DNA from: a virus
Length of the DNA stretch: 36,010 bases
Virus genome (UHGV): UHGV-0022223
Direction: 5' to 3' (one strand)
Shown here: positions 6,987 through 15,537 of the stretch, one piece after another
Layout: each line of letters starts with the position of its first letter
How positions within the stretch are numbered: position 1 is the stretch's first letter
Program-made: the position numbers and the translations under genes
Notes under the pieces: generated by a model
Databases searched by the model: none
Told to the model about the DNA's origin: nothing
Seen by the model: the letters and a program-made list of their open reading frames with translations, nothing else

Positions 6987-7895
6987 ATGTCAAACACCGC
7001 TGAAATAATCAATTTCCCAAATAAAACCGAACAACCGGGAGGTCGTATGGCCGACCTGTCGAACGGGTATACCAAGGTCGCTAACGAGATCCAACAGCTT
7101 AAGCCTCGCCTGAGACTGTCAGGCCGGGAATGGCAATGTTTTGAGGCGGTGATCTGGCTTACCTACGGCTGGAACAAGAAACAGGACCGCGTGACAAATA
7201 CGGTTATTGCCGAGCTTACGGGCCTGAGCGATACGCATGTATCGGACGCGCTTAAGTCTCTCGCAGAACGCAAAATCATCTTTTCACAGAAGCAGGGCAT
7301 GATGAAAATCGTCGGTGTAAACACTGACCTTTCAGCATGGATTTTAGACAAACCGGAAACGGGAAGAAAATTCCCGAAAACAGGAAAATCCTTCCCGAAA
7401 TCAGGAATAACCTTCCCGAAAACGGTAGACACCCAATACAAGAACAAGAACAGTATTAAAAGATCTTCGTCCGAGAATTCTGACGAATCCTCTGACGCAC
7501 GTCTGAAGAAATTTTTATCAACTCATCCTGAAGCTGCGGTCTACACACCATCCGGTGCGAAGTGGGGCTCTGCTGAAGACCTCGAGACAGCTAAGTGGAT
7601 TTCCTCCAGGGTGAAGCTGATTAACCCAACCTGCAAAGCCCCGGACATGACCTCCTGGTCTAACACTGTTCGCCTGATGCGCCAGATAGACGACCGGTCG
7701 CACCAGGACATCTGCGCGCTGTATGACTGGGCTAGCAAACACCACTTCTGGCAGACCAACATCCTGAGTCCCGAAAGCCTGCGTAAGCAGTGGGACAAGC
7801 TGACAATGCAGCGTAACGCCGGAGGTGAGCAGCGCGCTGTCAAGCCAGATCTGGACTTCAACAACACTGACTGGGCCTATGGGGTGATCCGATGA
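6987..7895 (+). CDS. O: Replication initiator, lambda O-like
   Basis: Start at internal ATG (MSNTAEIINFP...) with RBS GGAGAA; N-terminus and RMADLSNGY resemble lambda O from memory; iterons inside the gene; stop overlaps the P start. Confidence 0.75.
   Translation: MSNTAEIINFPNKTEQPGGRMADLSNGYTKVANEIQQLKPRLRLSGREWQCFEAVIWLTYGWNKKQDRVTNTVIAELTGLSDTHVSDALKSLAERKIIFSQKQGMMKIVGVNTDLSAWILDKPETGRKFPKTGKSFPKSGITFPKTVDTQYKNKNSIKRSSSENSDESSDARLKKFLSTHPEAAVYTPSGAKWGSAEDLETAKWISSRVKLINPTCKAPDMTSWSNTVRLMRQIDDRSHQDICALYDWASKHHFWQTNILSPESLRKQWDKLTMQRNAGGEQRAVKPDLDFNNTDWAYGVIR
7353..7432 (+). repeat. Origin iterons inside the O gene (about four direct repeats) followed by an AT-rich stretch
   Basis: CCGGAAACGGGAAGAA, TTCCCGAAAACAGGAAAA, TTCCCGAAATCAGGAATA, TTCCCGAAAACGGTAGAC; each encodes part of the FPKTGK-like peptide repeat. 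Confidence 0.7.
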
Positions 7896-8581
7896 AATCT
7901 CTTGCAGAGCAGATGCGTAACCACGACCGCGAGCAGATGAGCCGCATGGCCCATAACCTGCCAGAGCAGTACCAGGAGTGCGCGCCGGTCGAGCAGGTGG
8001 CGCAGGTATTCAACAAGCTGTTCAACGAGCTGCGCGCCGCGTTCCCGGCCAGCATGGCGAACTTCCGCACCCAGGAAGACCTGAACGAATTCCGCCGTCA
8101 GTGGCTGCTGGCGTTTCAGGAGAACGGGATCCACACCATGGCTCAGGTCGATGCCGGCATGCGCATTGCCCGCCGCCAGGAGCGCCCATTCCTGCCGTCG
8201 CCGGGCCAGTTCGTCGCCTGGTGCAAGCAGAGCGGCGGCGCGCTGGGCGTCAACGTTGACCAGGTGATCGCCGAATACTGGGACTGGCGTAACCGCTCGT
8301 TCGAATTCATCTCCAGCGAGCAATTTCCATGGTCGCAGCCGGTCATGTACCACATTTGCGTAGAATTGCGCCACCGCAGCACCGAGCGCCAGTTAACGCA
8401 TGGTGAACTGGCACGCGAGGCAGGCGATCTGCTGGACATGTGGGAAAGGCGCGTCACCGAGGGTAAGCCAGTGCCGCCGGTACGCCGGGCTATTGCCGCA
8501 CCAGCTGCCGAGCAAGGGCCGACGCCGATCCAGCTGCTGCTGGCCAAGTACAACCGCAACAAGTCGAACGGGATGGTGTGA
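7892..8581 (+). CDS. P: Replication protein P-like helicase loader
   Basis: 229 aa with long matches to lambda P recalled from memory (DREQM, MPEQY, FPAS, RQW, ENGI, RPFLPSPGQFVAWC); ATGA overlap with O. Confidence 0.85.
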   Translation: MKSLAEQMRNHDREQMSRMAHNLPEQYQECAPVEQVAQVFNKLFNELRAAFPASMANFRTQEDLNEFRRQWLLAFQENGIHTMAQVDAGMRIARRQERPFLPSPGQFVAWCKQSGGALGVNVDQVIAEYWDWRNRSFEFISSEQFPWSQPVMYHICVELRHRSTERQLTHGELAREAGDLLDMWERRVTEGKPVPPVRRAIAAPAAEQGPTPIQLLLAKYNRNKSNGMV

Positions 8582-8582
8582 C

Positions 8583-8822
8583 ATGAACATAACAATCCGT
8601 GAGCAGGTGCTGGCAGCCCTGCGCAACAACCCAGGGTTGAACAACGCCAAACTGGCAGGGCTTCCCGGAGTGGTACATCATCGATCAGGACTATCGGGGG
8701 CAGAAGTACGCGAAGGACAAGCAGGTTGCGCGTTGTGGCAACGCAGTTCCGCCGCCATTCGCCGAGGCACTGGTGAGGGCTAATTTACCGGAGCTTTGTC
8801 AGCAGAAAGAGATCGCAGCTTA
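8583..8822 (+). pseudogene. Degraded gene: 28-codon N-terminal frame joined out of frame to a DNA methyltransferase C-terminal fragment
   Basis: ATG at 8583 runs into a frame change; from about 8602 a second frame encodes ...CGNAVPPPFAEALVRANLPELCQQKEIAA, resembling the C-terminal motif of DNA methyltransferases; no upstream catalytic motifs. Confidence 0.35.
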
Positions 8823-8922
8823 ATGTCCGAGTTTCAGAACATGGTGTAACAAATCCTGCTACTTCAATGACGTAGATTCAAACCTGATATAATTAGGCTC
8901 TTCACAACACGAGGAGCCTAAA

Positions 8923-9159
8923 ATGCACCATTACATGATCCCTATCAACGGAACTGTTCACCTGATCAAGACTGACTCTCTAATCCCTGAAGGGACTGAG
9001 TATAGCTTTGAAGGAGAAAGTCTAATCTGCGCTCATGCCACTTTTAAATCTGGGACGTATGGCTTCCTGATACCAAAGGGAAATCAGTTGAATAGAGAGC
9101 ATGCGTTCTGGCATGTAAGTGGAATTCACCCTAATCCCCTGGGAATGGATAAATCGTAA
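8923..9159 (+). CDS. Hypothetical 78-aa protein in AT-rich insert
   Basis: RBS GAGGAG before the ATG; perfect TATAAT at 8887-8892 upstream; lower GC than flanks. Confidence 0.5.
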   Translation: MHHYMIPINGTVHLIKTDSLIPEGTEYSFEGESLICAHATFKSGTYGFLIPKGNQLNREHAFWHVSGIHPNPLGMDKS

Positions 9160-9168
9160 TCCATAATA

Positions 9169-9205
9169 TGCATGCCATCGTCCTGAACATACGGTGGCAT
9201 GCATC
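9169..9205. repeat. Perfect 10-bp inverted repeat ATGCATGCCA / TGGCATGCAT with 17-nt spacer
   Basis: Arms at 9169-9178 and 9196-9205 are exact reverse complements; no U tract follows. Confidence 0.7.
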
Positions 9206-9270
9206 CGGCACTACAACAGAAACGTTAAAGTGCAAACAATACAATTCGAGCAATATTCAACCTGTCACAG

Positions 9271-9412
9271 ATGGCGAATACCACCGCCATTTCGTGCATT
9301 CTGTGGTTTCTATTACCCATTGCGTTAATGCTGTCCAATCATCAGCTCGCTGAGGCGCTGGTTAGGGCTAACCTACAGGAGCTTTGTCAGCAGAAACAAA
9401 TAGCAGCGTAAT
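9271..9412 (+). other. Small ORF fusing a hydrophobic N-terminus to a second diverged copy of the methyltransferase 3' end
   Basis: MANTTAISCILWFLLPIALMLSNHQ then LAEALVRANLQELCQQKQIAA; 9335-9412 is about 80 percent identical to 8745-8822. Confidence 0.25.
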
Positions 9413-9428
9413 AAAACATCGCTAATTC

Positions 9429-9457
9429 AACCCGCTACGGCGGGTTTTCTTTTTTTA
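9429..9457 (+). terminator. Rho-independent terminator
   Basis: AACCCGC-tacg-GCGGGTT followed by a T-rich tract. Confidence 0.7.
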
Positions 9458-9495
9458 CTACTGACAGAAAATTAACAATTTGTGCTCTTAAAGCG

Positions 9496-9538
9496 TTGAT
9501 CATTTCCGCGCATAGGTATACTGTATAAAAACACAGTA
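9496..9538 (+). promoter_or_regulatory. Promoter with overlapping LexA (SOS) box for the dinI-like gene
   Basis: TTGATC, about 15-bp spacer, TATACT; TACTGTATAAAAACACAGTA at 9519-9538 fits the LexA consensus CTGT-N8-ACAG. Confidence 0.75.
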
Positions 9539-9556
9539 AATGCAATGGGGGCCATT

Positions 9557-9790
9557 ATGAAAGTTGAATTAACCATTGATCGCATGAAAGAACTTCCTAA
9601 AGGCGCAGTACCAGCACTGGAGAAAGAACTGCTTAAGCGCCTGAATGATCACTATGACAATTGCAGGCTCACAATCCGCCGTGCCGGGGCCGATGGGTTA
9701 AGTGTTTTTGGTGGTGACAAGGACGATAAAAAGAAAATTGAATCAATCCTCCAGGATACCTGGGAAAGCGCTGACGACTGGTTTTATTAG
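9557..9790 (+). CDS. dinI: DinI-family DNA-damage-inducible protein
   Basis: MKVELTIDR... with C-terminal ILQDTWESADDWFY resembling E. coli DinI from memory; second ATG of the track ORF; LexA box upstream. Confidence 0.8.
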   Translation: MKVELTIDRMKELPKGAVPALEKELLKRLNDHYDNCRLTIRRAGADGLSVFGGDKDDKKKIESILQDTWESADDWFY

Positions 9791-9907
9791 AATTGCGCTT
9801 AAGGCTGGCGCGCATTTTTCAGAATACCGCAATTTGCGTAACCCTCTGATGCTGCTGCCGACAATCTTTAATCGCGTCTGTTAGTCGCTCGAAGGGAGAA
9901 CATAAAT

Positions 9908-10156
9908 GTGAGTGATTCAGCTTTGCAAACGTCAGAAGACAACTGGTATGACATTGTAAGAAGGTCTGACGGCTGCGTGGTGTTTAGCTTTCCTTCATCG
10001 GGCAGGCATCTAATTTATCGCGTCAATGGCATGGTTTCTATGCGGCCTTTGCTGGATGATGAAGAGGTCTTTACTCCTAATGGTTTTATGCAGTTTATTC
10101 ACCGTCTCGGCTACCGGGTAACCCCACCTTCTGATAATATGAAATCAACGGTCTGA
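9908..10156 (+). CDS. Hypothetical protein (GTG start)
   Basis: 82-aa ORF with RBS AAGGGAGA before the GTG. Confidence 0.45.
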   Translation: MSDSALQTSEDNWYDIVRRSDGCVVFSFPSSGRHLIYRVNGMVSMRPLLDDEEVFTPNGFMQFIHRLGYRVTPPSDNMKSTV

Positions 10157-10190
10157 ACAACCGTAACCTACTGCGCCACGGAGAGAAACC

Positions 10191-10793
10191 ATGGCGCACG
10201 AACTACAACTCATCAAGCATTCCTCAGGAATCCTGATCCCCGCTACGCCGGAGACCAGTGATTTACTGCAATCAAAAATCAAACTCGGCTCCGTACTGGT
10301 GGCTGAGTTCCGGCAGGTACGCAACCCGGCCTTTCACCGTCGTTTCTTCGCGTTACTCAATCTCGGTTTCGAATACTGGGAACCCACCGGCGGGGCAATC
10401 TCCTCCAACGAACGCAAACTCGTTAATGGTTATGCCAGATTCCTTGCATCATACGGCGGCAATGAAAGCGCTCTGCTGGATGCTGCTGAGCAGTATCTGG
10501 AGCAGATCGCCAGTCGGCGTATCACGAACGGCATAAGTCTGTGTAAATCCTTCGACGCTTACCGCGCATGGGTGACCGTCGAAGCCGGGCACTATGACGC
10601 AATCCAGTTACCAGATGGAACTCTCCGCAAACATCCCCGCAGTATCTCATTCGCAAATATGGATGAAACTGAGTTCCAGCAGCTGTACAAAGCCGCGCTC
10701 GATGTTCTGTGGCGATGGATACTCTCCCGATCATTTCGCAGTTGTGAAGAGGCAGAAAACGCCGCCGCCCAGCTGATGAGCTTTGCGGGGTGA
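10191..10793 (+). CDS. Nin-region protein, YbcN/DUF1367-like
   Basis: 200-aa ORF with RBS GGAGAGA; RNPAFHRRFFALLNLGFEYWEP motif recalled as typical of the YbcN family; precedes YbcO-like and RusA as in DLP12. Confidence 0.55.
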   Translation: MAHELQLIKHSSGILIPATPETSDLLQSKIKLGSVLVAEFRQVRNPAFHRRFFALLNLGFEYWEPTGGAISSNERKLVNGYARFLASYGGNESALLDAAEQYLEQIASRRITNGISLCKSFDAYRAWVTVEAGHYDAIQLPDGTLRKHPRSISFANMDETEFQQLYKAALDVLWRWILSRSFRSCEEAENAAAQLMSFAG

Positions 10794-10999
10794 TGGCGAT
10801 GAAATTTTCCTGGTTCCACCATCACGAATGCACCACCGAACAGGCCGACGAGCTGGTGGAGAAATACCGGGCGCGCGGTGTAAAGACAGAGCGCAGCCTG
10901 AATCGCGACAACATCACCTGGACCGTCAGCGCGCAATTGCCGGAAGGCGATAACGCGCCTCGCCCGAGCCGGGTATGGCAAAGCAAGGCGTGGGGGTGA
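10790..10999 (+). CDS. Hypothetical small protein
   Basis: 69-aa ORF overlapping neighbours at both ends; no recognisable motif. Confidence 0.35.
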   Translation: MMAMKFSWFHHHECTTEQADELVEKYRARGVKTERSLNRDNITWTVSAQLPEGDNAPRPSRVWQSKAWG

Positions 11000-11001
11000 G
11001 C

Positions 11002-11292
11002 ATGGCAAATTTACGCAAAGAGGCTCGTGGTCGTGATTGTCAGGTTCGAATTCCCGGCGTCTGCAACGGTAACCCGGAAACGTCTGTACTGGCGCACATT
11101 CGCCTGGCCGGGTTATGTGGCACCGGAATCAAACCGCCTGATCTGATTGCCACCATTGCATGCTCTGCCTGTCACGACGAGATCGACCGCCGTACACATT
11201 TTGTCGATGCTGAGTATGCTAAAGAATGCGCGCTGGAAGGTATGGCGAGAACGCAGGTTATCTGGCTGAAAGAGGGGGTAATCAAGGCGTGA
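11002..11292 (+). CDS. ybcO: YbcO-like (DUF1364) putative nuclease
   Basis: Internal ATG start ([34 protein letters not shown]...) matches E. coli DLP12 YbcO from memory. Confidence 0.7.
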   Translation: MANLRKEARGRDCQVRIPGVCNGNPETSVLAHIRLAGLCGTGIKPPDLIATIACSACHDEIDRRTHFVDAEYAKECALEGMARTQVIWLKEGVIKA

Positions 11293-11651
11293 ATACTTAC
11301 AACATCACATTGCCCTGGCCGCCGAGCAATAACCGCTACTACCGCCATAATCGCGGGCGCACGCACATCAGCGCAGAAGGGCAGGCATACCGCGATAACG
11401 TCGCCCGAATCATTAAAAACGCAATGCTGGATATCGGTCTGGCTATGCCTGTGAAAATCCGCATTGAGTGCCACATGCCGGATCGCCGTCGCCGTGACCT
11501 GGATAATCTGCAAAAGGCCGCTTTTGACGCACTCACCAAAGCAGGTTTCTGGCTGGACGATGCTCAGGTCGTTGATTATCGCGTTGTGAAGATGCCCGTT
11601 ACCAAAGGTGGAAAGCTGGAACTGACAATCACCGGGCTGGAGGCCGTATGA
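11289..11651 (+). CDS. rusA: RusA Holliday-junction resolvase
   Basis: GTG start overlapping the ybcO stop; [25 protein letters not shown]...[19 protein letters not shown] matches E. coli RusA from memory; 120 aa. Confidence 0.85.
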   Translation: MNTYNITLPWPPSNNRYYRHNRGRTHISAEGQAYRDNVARIIKNAMLDIGLAMPVKIRIECHMPDRRRRDLDNLQKAAFDALTKAGFWLDDAQVVDYRVVKMPVTKGGKLELTITGLEAV

Positions 11652-11784
11652 CATTTGAATCCTGTTTTTCCGATCACCTCCGCGTTCGCTGGCAGCGGCT
11701 TCGCTTATACCACTTTCCCGGCTCTGTGCTAACGGACTACCGGATACTGAAGAATTACGTGAAAACTTATGCTGGAGAAGCGCT

Positions 11785-12567
11785 ATGAACCTTGAAAACA
11801 CAGTGAAATACCACTTCGCTAAATCCACACTGATTAGCGATTCTCCGCGCGCTACCGCCTCCGATTCACTGACCGGTACCGACATAATGGCTGCCATGGG
11901 CATGACGCAGGAACGCGCCGCAATGGGTTACAGCGCCTTCCTCGGCAAGATGGGCATAAGCAATAACGACCGGGATCGGGCGATCGGTCTGCTGGCTGAG
12001 TACGCGATGACAAAATGCGACAAGGTTGCCGCACTGCGTAAGCTCGGTGCCGCGGTTAAACCTCAGGTGATTCACCAGTTGGCCACCTTCGCTTTTGAGG
12101 ACTATTCCCGCAGCGCTGCCAGCGTGAAGCAGTGCGATTGTTGTGACGGTCAGGGCTTCATTGAGGCTGACGTGTTTACCAATAAATTCCGTAAGCCAGA
12201 AGGGAAAATGACCGTGTCCGGGATGGTGAAGGTCAAAGAATCCATCAAAGTGCTATGCAAAAAGTGTAATGGCTCTGGTGTGGTTAGTGCTTCTTGCAGT
12301 GATTGCCATGGGCGCGGCAAGGCAGTGAACCAGGCTCTTACTGAGAAACAGGGCGTTCCTGTTCTGGCTGACTGTAAGCGCTGCGGAGGGCGTGGGTATG
12401 AACGACTTCCGTCGACTGAAGCCTATGCTGCTGTATGCCAGATTACTGACGCCATTAGCCTGGACACCTGGAAAAAGTCTGTTAAGCCATTCTACGACCT
12501 GCTGATCACGAAATTTGATATCGAAGAGTCCTGGGCCGAAAAACAGCTTAAGCAGATAACGCGGTAA
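11785..12567 (+). CDS. Q: Late-gene antiterminator Q family
   Basis: 260 aa with paired CxxC zinc-finger motifs; last regulatory gene before the late promoter and terminator region and the lysis genes; RBS GGAGAAG. Confidence 0.65.
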   Translation: MNLENTVKYHFAKSTLISDSPRATASDSLTGTDIMAAMGMTQERAAMGYSAFLGKMGISNNDRDRAIGLLAEYAMTKCDKVAALRKLGAAVKPQVIHQLATFAFEDYSRSAASVKQCDCCDGQGFIEADVFTNKFRKPEGKMTVSGMVKVKESIKVLCKKCNGSGVVSASCSDCHGRGKAVNQALTEKQGVPVLADCKRCGGRGYERLPSTEAYAAVCQITDAISLDTWKKSVKPFYDLLITKFDIEESWAEKQLKQITR

Positions 12568-12666
12568 CGCCTATAGCGATAGCCTATGATTTTGTCTTGG
12601 GCTATTTACTTTTCCCGAATCTGTGTTAATTTTGTCCCAACGATGGGTTAATGCCTTCGTTTCAAG

Positions 12667-12696
12667 CCCTGCGGATAACACCGTGGGGTTTTTTGC
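12667..12696 (+). terminator. tR'-like terminator of the short late leader transcript
   Basis: CCCUGCGG-auaaca-CCGUGGGG (two G-U pairs) followed by U6, about 100 bp downstream of Q. Confidence 0.5.
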
Positions 12697-12778
12697 GTTT
12701 CTGGATACTGATATGCCAAGAAGAGTGGTAATCAGGTAGTATTCATTCAATAAGTAGGATGCAGAAGGTAATAGCATT

Positions 12779-13348
12779 ATGGAAAATATTACTGGCGAAT
12801 ACTTTTTGGATGCTGACGACGAGCTTGTCGATTACCTTGAAAAGCAGGGTGAAGAATGCATCAAAGAGGCTTACCACTCGAACACTGTCAATATTGAGAA
12901 TGGCTATAAGCTGCTCAATATTCAGATCGTCGGTATTGGCTCTTCGTTTTTACTCCTTACTCAAAAAACGAACTGGGACTACCTTGCTGTTGGTATCGCT
13001 GCATTTACTTTCTTGTGGACATGGTGCGCAATATATCTTGTCCACTCAGGGTTGTCGGTTAATGTCAGGGCGTTGATTTCTGCACCGCCAGATAGTCTTT
13101 ACACTAAGAGCTTTAAAAGTATCGATAGCGACGATCACCAGTGGTTTCGAGGAAATGGCTACACCGGGACTGAGAAGACCCTTCCCATTATCCGGCGTTA
13201 CCGCTTGGCTGATCTGTGTAAGACGTCAAAAGAGATGCTGGTATTAAACAAAAGAATTAGAACGCATCTTGATAGAGCAAGGATCATGACAATCCTTGCT
13301 CCGGTAGTGTCTATAATGGCATCAGCTATTGCTTTTTGTTATCTCTGA
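12779..13348 (+). CDS. Hypothetical membrane protein (AT-rich moron between Q and the lysis cassette)
   Basis: 189 aa with two central hydrophobic segments and a C-terminal hydrophobic anchor; lower GC than neighbours. Confidence 0.6.
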   Translation: MENITGEYFLDADDELVDYLEKQGEECIKEAYHSNTVNIENGYKLLNIQIVGIGSSFLLLTQKTNWDYLAVGIAAFTFLWTWCAIYLVHSGLSVNVRALISAPPDSLYTKSFKSIDSDDHQWFRGNGYTGTEKTLPIIRRYRLADLCKTSKEMLVLNKRIRTHLDRARIMTILAPVVSIMASAIAFCYL

Positions 13349-13481
13349 CAAAGTCAGCAGAATCGCCGACAAATACACGTCTCGTGGCAAATTCTTTTGC
13401 TGGCTGGGGTTGAGGCGCGGGTTTTGGAGCTTCAGTCGATTGTGATTTATTTTCGTTTTGTGGCTGCTTTTGTTCAGACAT
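13326..13481 (-). CDS. Small Pro/Gln-rich ORF, convergent with and overlapping the membrane-protein gene
   Basis: ATG at 13481 with RBS GAAGAGG; 51 aa (MSEQKQPQNENKSQSTEAPKPAPQPQPAKEF...); below the track cutoff. Confidence 0.2.
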   Translation of the reverse strand: MSEQKQPQNENKSQSTEAPKPAPQPQPAKEFATRRVFVGDSADFVRDNKKQ

Positions 13482-13716
13482 AAAAACCTCTTCGTTTGAG
13501 TTGTTACTTTTGGCGATTTAACGATATCAAACGCGAGGTTATACCGCCAGACACATGATCTGGCCCTTCACTTTGCCCTGGCGTTTGCCGGGGCTTTTTC
13601 ATTTCCGGCTCACGGTAATCATCCGCTACGTGCTTTGTTGATAAATCCAACCCGTGAAGCCTGAGCCTATTTCCCCTCATACCTGAGAGGACTCACAGCA
13701 ATTAAGAGGGGGCTAA

Positions 13717-14103
13717 ATGTCCGATCCAATTTCCGGTACTGGGCTGGCTGGTGGTGCCCTGACGGGTGCCAGTGTTTATGGACTGCTGACCGGAACTGAT
13801 TACGGCGTTGTATTTGGCGCATTTGCAGGGGCTGTATTCTACATAGCAACAGCAGCAGATCTGAGTGCATCGCGCCGACTGGCATATTTTATCGTGTCAT
13901 ATATTGCCGGGATTCTTTGCTCTGGGTTGGTTGGCTCCAAGCTGGCGAACTTGACCGGATACAGTGATAAACCTCTGGATGCTATTGGTGCCGTAATCGT
14001 CTCTGCTTTAGCCGTTAAAATCCTGACGTTCCTGAATAATCAGGATATCGGCTCGCTGGTGGCGCTCATAACGCGCCGGGGAGGTTCAGGTGGAGCTAAA
14101 TGA
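13717..14103 (+). CDS. Holin-like membrane protein
   Basis: 128 aa, Gly-rich with several hydrophobic helices; RBS AAGAGGGGG; first gene of the lysis cassette. Confidence 0.55.
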   Translation: MSDPISGTGLAGGALTGASVYGLLTGTDYGVVFGAFAGAVFYIATAADLSASRRLAYFIVSYIAGILCSGLVGSKLANLTGYSDKPLDAIGAVIVSALAVKILTFLNNQDIGSLVALITRRGGSGGAK

Positions 14104-14371
14104 CCCGACAGCAACTATAAATGCGCTGTTATGTGCTTGTGTTGTTATTACTCTGATGTTTTATCGTCGTGGTGATTCGCGGCATCGTCCTTGGGTTTCA
14201 CGTTTAGCCTGGCTGATTACTGTTACATACAGTGCTGTTCCGTTGGCCTATCTCTGTGGGATTTATCCTCATTCCTCATGGCCCATTATCGTGGCGAACA
14301 CTATTTTTCTTTCCGTGCTGGTGGCCGTCAGAGGCAACGTTGCACGTCTGGTTGATCATCTGAGGCACTAA
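14090..14371 (+). CDS. Holin / antiholin-like small membrane protein
   Basis: 93 aa with 2-3 hydrophobic segments; stop overlaps the endolysin start. Confidence 0.5.
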   Translation: MELNDPTATINALLCACVVITLMFYRRGDSRHRPWVSRLAWLITVTYSAVPLAYLCGIYPHSSWPIIVANTIFLSVLVAVRGNVARLVDHLRH

Positions 14372-14985
14372 TGAACCAACAATTATTTCAAAAGGCGGCT
14401 GGTATTAGCGCCGGGCTGGCTGCGCGCTGGTTTCCGCACATTGATGCGGCGATGAAGGAATTCGGCATTACAGCACTAGCGGATCAGGCGATGTTTATCG
14501 CGCAGGTAGGCCATGAGTCGATGGGGTTTAGCGCCGTAGTTGAAAATTTTAATTACACGCCATCTGCGCTGGTGGCGACGTTCGGAAAGAGGATCACACA
14601 GCAGCAGGCTGATGCCCTTGGCAGAACATCCGGACATGCAGCTCGTCAGGATGCTATTGCCAATCTGGTGTATAGCAACCGGCTGGGTAACAAAGCACCC
14701 GGTGATGGCTGGAAATATCGCGGTAGAGGATTAATTCAAATCACTGGCCTCCATAATTATCGCATCTGTGGCGCGGCGCTGAAGTTAGATCTGGTGACTT
14801 CACCTGAACAACTGGAACAGGAACTACAGGCTGCGCGCTCAGCTGCATGGTTCTATACCTCTAAAGGTTGCATGATCTACGGTGCCGATATTAACCGTGT
14901 TACGCGCATCATTAACGGCGGTTTGAACGGTATTGAGGATCGTAAGGTCCGATACAACAAGGCGCTGGCGGCGCTGCTGGTATGA
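14371..14985 (+). CDS. Endolysin, glycoside hydrolase family 19 (chitinase-like)
   Basis: 204 aa; FIAQVGHES and [13 protein letters not shown] motifs typical of GH19 phage lysins (recalled). Confidence 0.75.
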   Translation: MNQQLFQKAAGISAGLAARWFPHIDAAMKEFGITALADQAMFIAQVGHESMGFSAVVENFNYTPSALVATFGKRITQQQADALGRTSGHAARQDAIANLVYSNRLGNKAPGDGWKYRGRGLIQITGLHNYRICGAALKLDLVTSPEQLEQELQAARSAAWFYTSKGCMIYGADINRVTRIINGGLNGIEDRKVRYNKALAALLV

Positions 14986-15374
14986 AGATGAGTTATTGGG
15001 CGCTCATTTTCACGTTTATTGCTTGTGTCGCTGGTGGTCTTGTCTGGTCAGCGAATCACTATCATGGAAAGTTTCTGGAGGAGCAGAAGCGTGCTGATGC
15101 TGCGGAACAGCGAGCTGATTCTACTGAGGCTATCACCGCGAATGTTCTGCGTACTATGGCAATAACGAACATCATTCAGGAGGCGAATCAACATGCAAAA
15201 CAGCAGATCGCACTGGAGTCACAGAGAACCCAGGAAGATATCAAAGTGGCTGTTGCGGATGATGATTGTGCTTCACGTCCTGTGCCTGCTGCCGCTGCTG
15301 ACCGGTTGCGGAAGTACGCGGACAGTTTACGTACCGGTTCCGGCGGTACCGTTGCCAGCAAACCTGACGGCTGA
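14982..15374 (+). CDS. Rz-like i-spanin
   Basis: N-terminal hydrophobic anchor then a charged coiled-coil-like region; ATGA overlap with the endolysin. Confidence 0.65.
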   Translation: MKMSYWALIFTFIACVAGGLVWSANHYHGKFLEEQKRADAAEQRADSTEAITANVLRTMAITNIIQEANQHAKQQIALESQRTQEDIKVAVADDDCASRPVPAAAADRLRKYADSLRTGSGGTVASKPDG

Positions 15375-15537
15375 AACACCCCAGCCAGATTTACCCGATC
15401 CGTTTACGTGGGGAGCAAGCCTTAACCTGAATGTTGCGTTGTTGTCAGCGTTAGCACAGTGCAACAGGGATAAGGCTGATATCAGGACTTTCGAGAACAA
15501 CAGGGCAGGACAAACCGATGGCACGATTAAACGTTGA
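15259..15537 (+). CDS. Rz1-like o-spanin lipoprotein, overlapping Rz in +1 frame
   Basis: Internal Met of track ORF 15193..15537 gives [17 protein letters not shown] with lipobox LTGC, then a Pro-rich mature region; extends past the Rz stop. Confidence 0.6.
   Translation: MMIVLHVLCLLPLLTGCGSTRTVYVPVPAVPLPANLTAETPQPDLPDPFTWGASLNLNVALLSALAQCNRDKADIRTFENNRAGQTDGTIKR

Noticed and set aside
7353-7432. Short direct repeats considered as a possible CRISPR array
   Set aside because: Only three or four imperfect repeats with about 21-bp periodicity inside the O gene and no cas genes; they are replication-origin iterons.
7877-8595. Minus-strand ORFs (7877..8374, 8143..8595, 8393..8650) antisense to the P-like gene
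   Set aside because: They lie entirely antisense to a strongly supported P-like gene in GC-rich DNA, have no RBS, and are typical spurious antisense frames.
9022-9353. ORFs 9022..9204 (-) and 9168..9353 (+) sharing an MHA...RWHA start
   Set aside because: Both arise from the perfect palindrome at 9169-9205; no RBS; mirror-image artefacts.
11043-11054. GGTTCGAATTCC resembling a tRNA T-loop
   Set aside because: Lies inside the ybcO-like coding sequence with no acceptor stem or D-arm context; no tRNA gene found.
13647-13667. AAGCCTGAG 9-mer resembling the repressor operator half-site
   Set aside because: Only 9 bp match without the flanking TTAAG/CTTAA arms; expected by chance in 36 kb.
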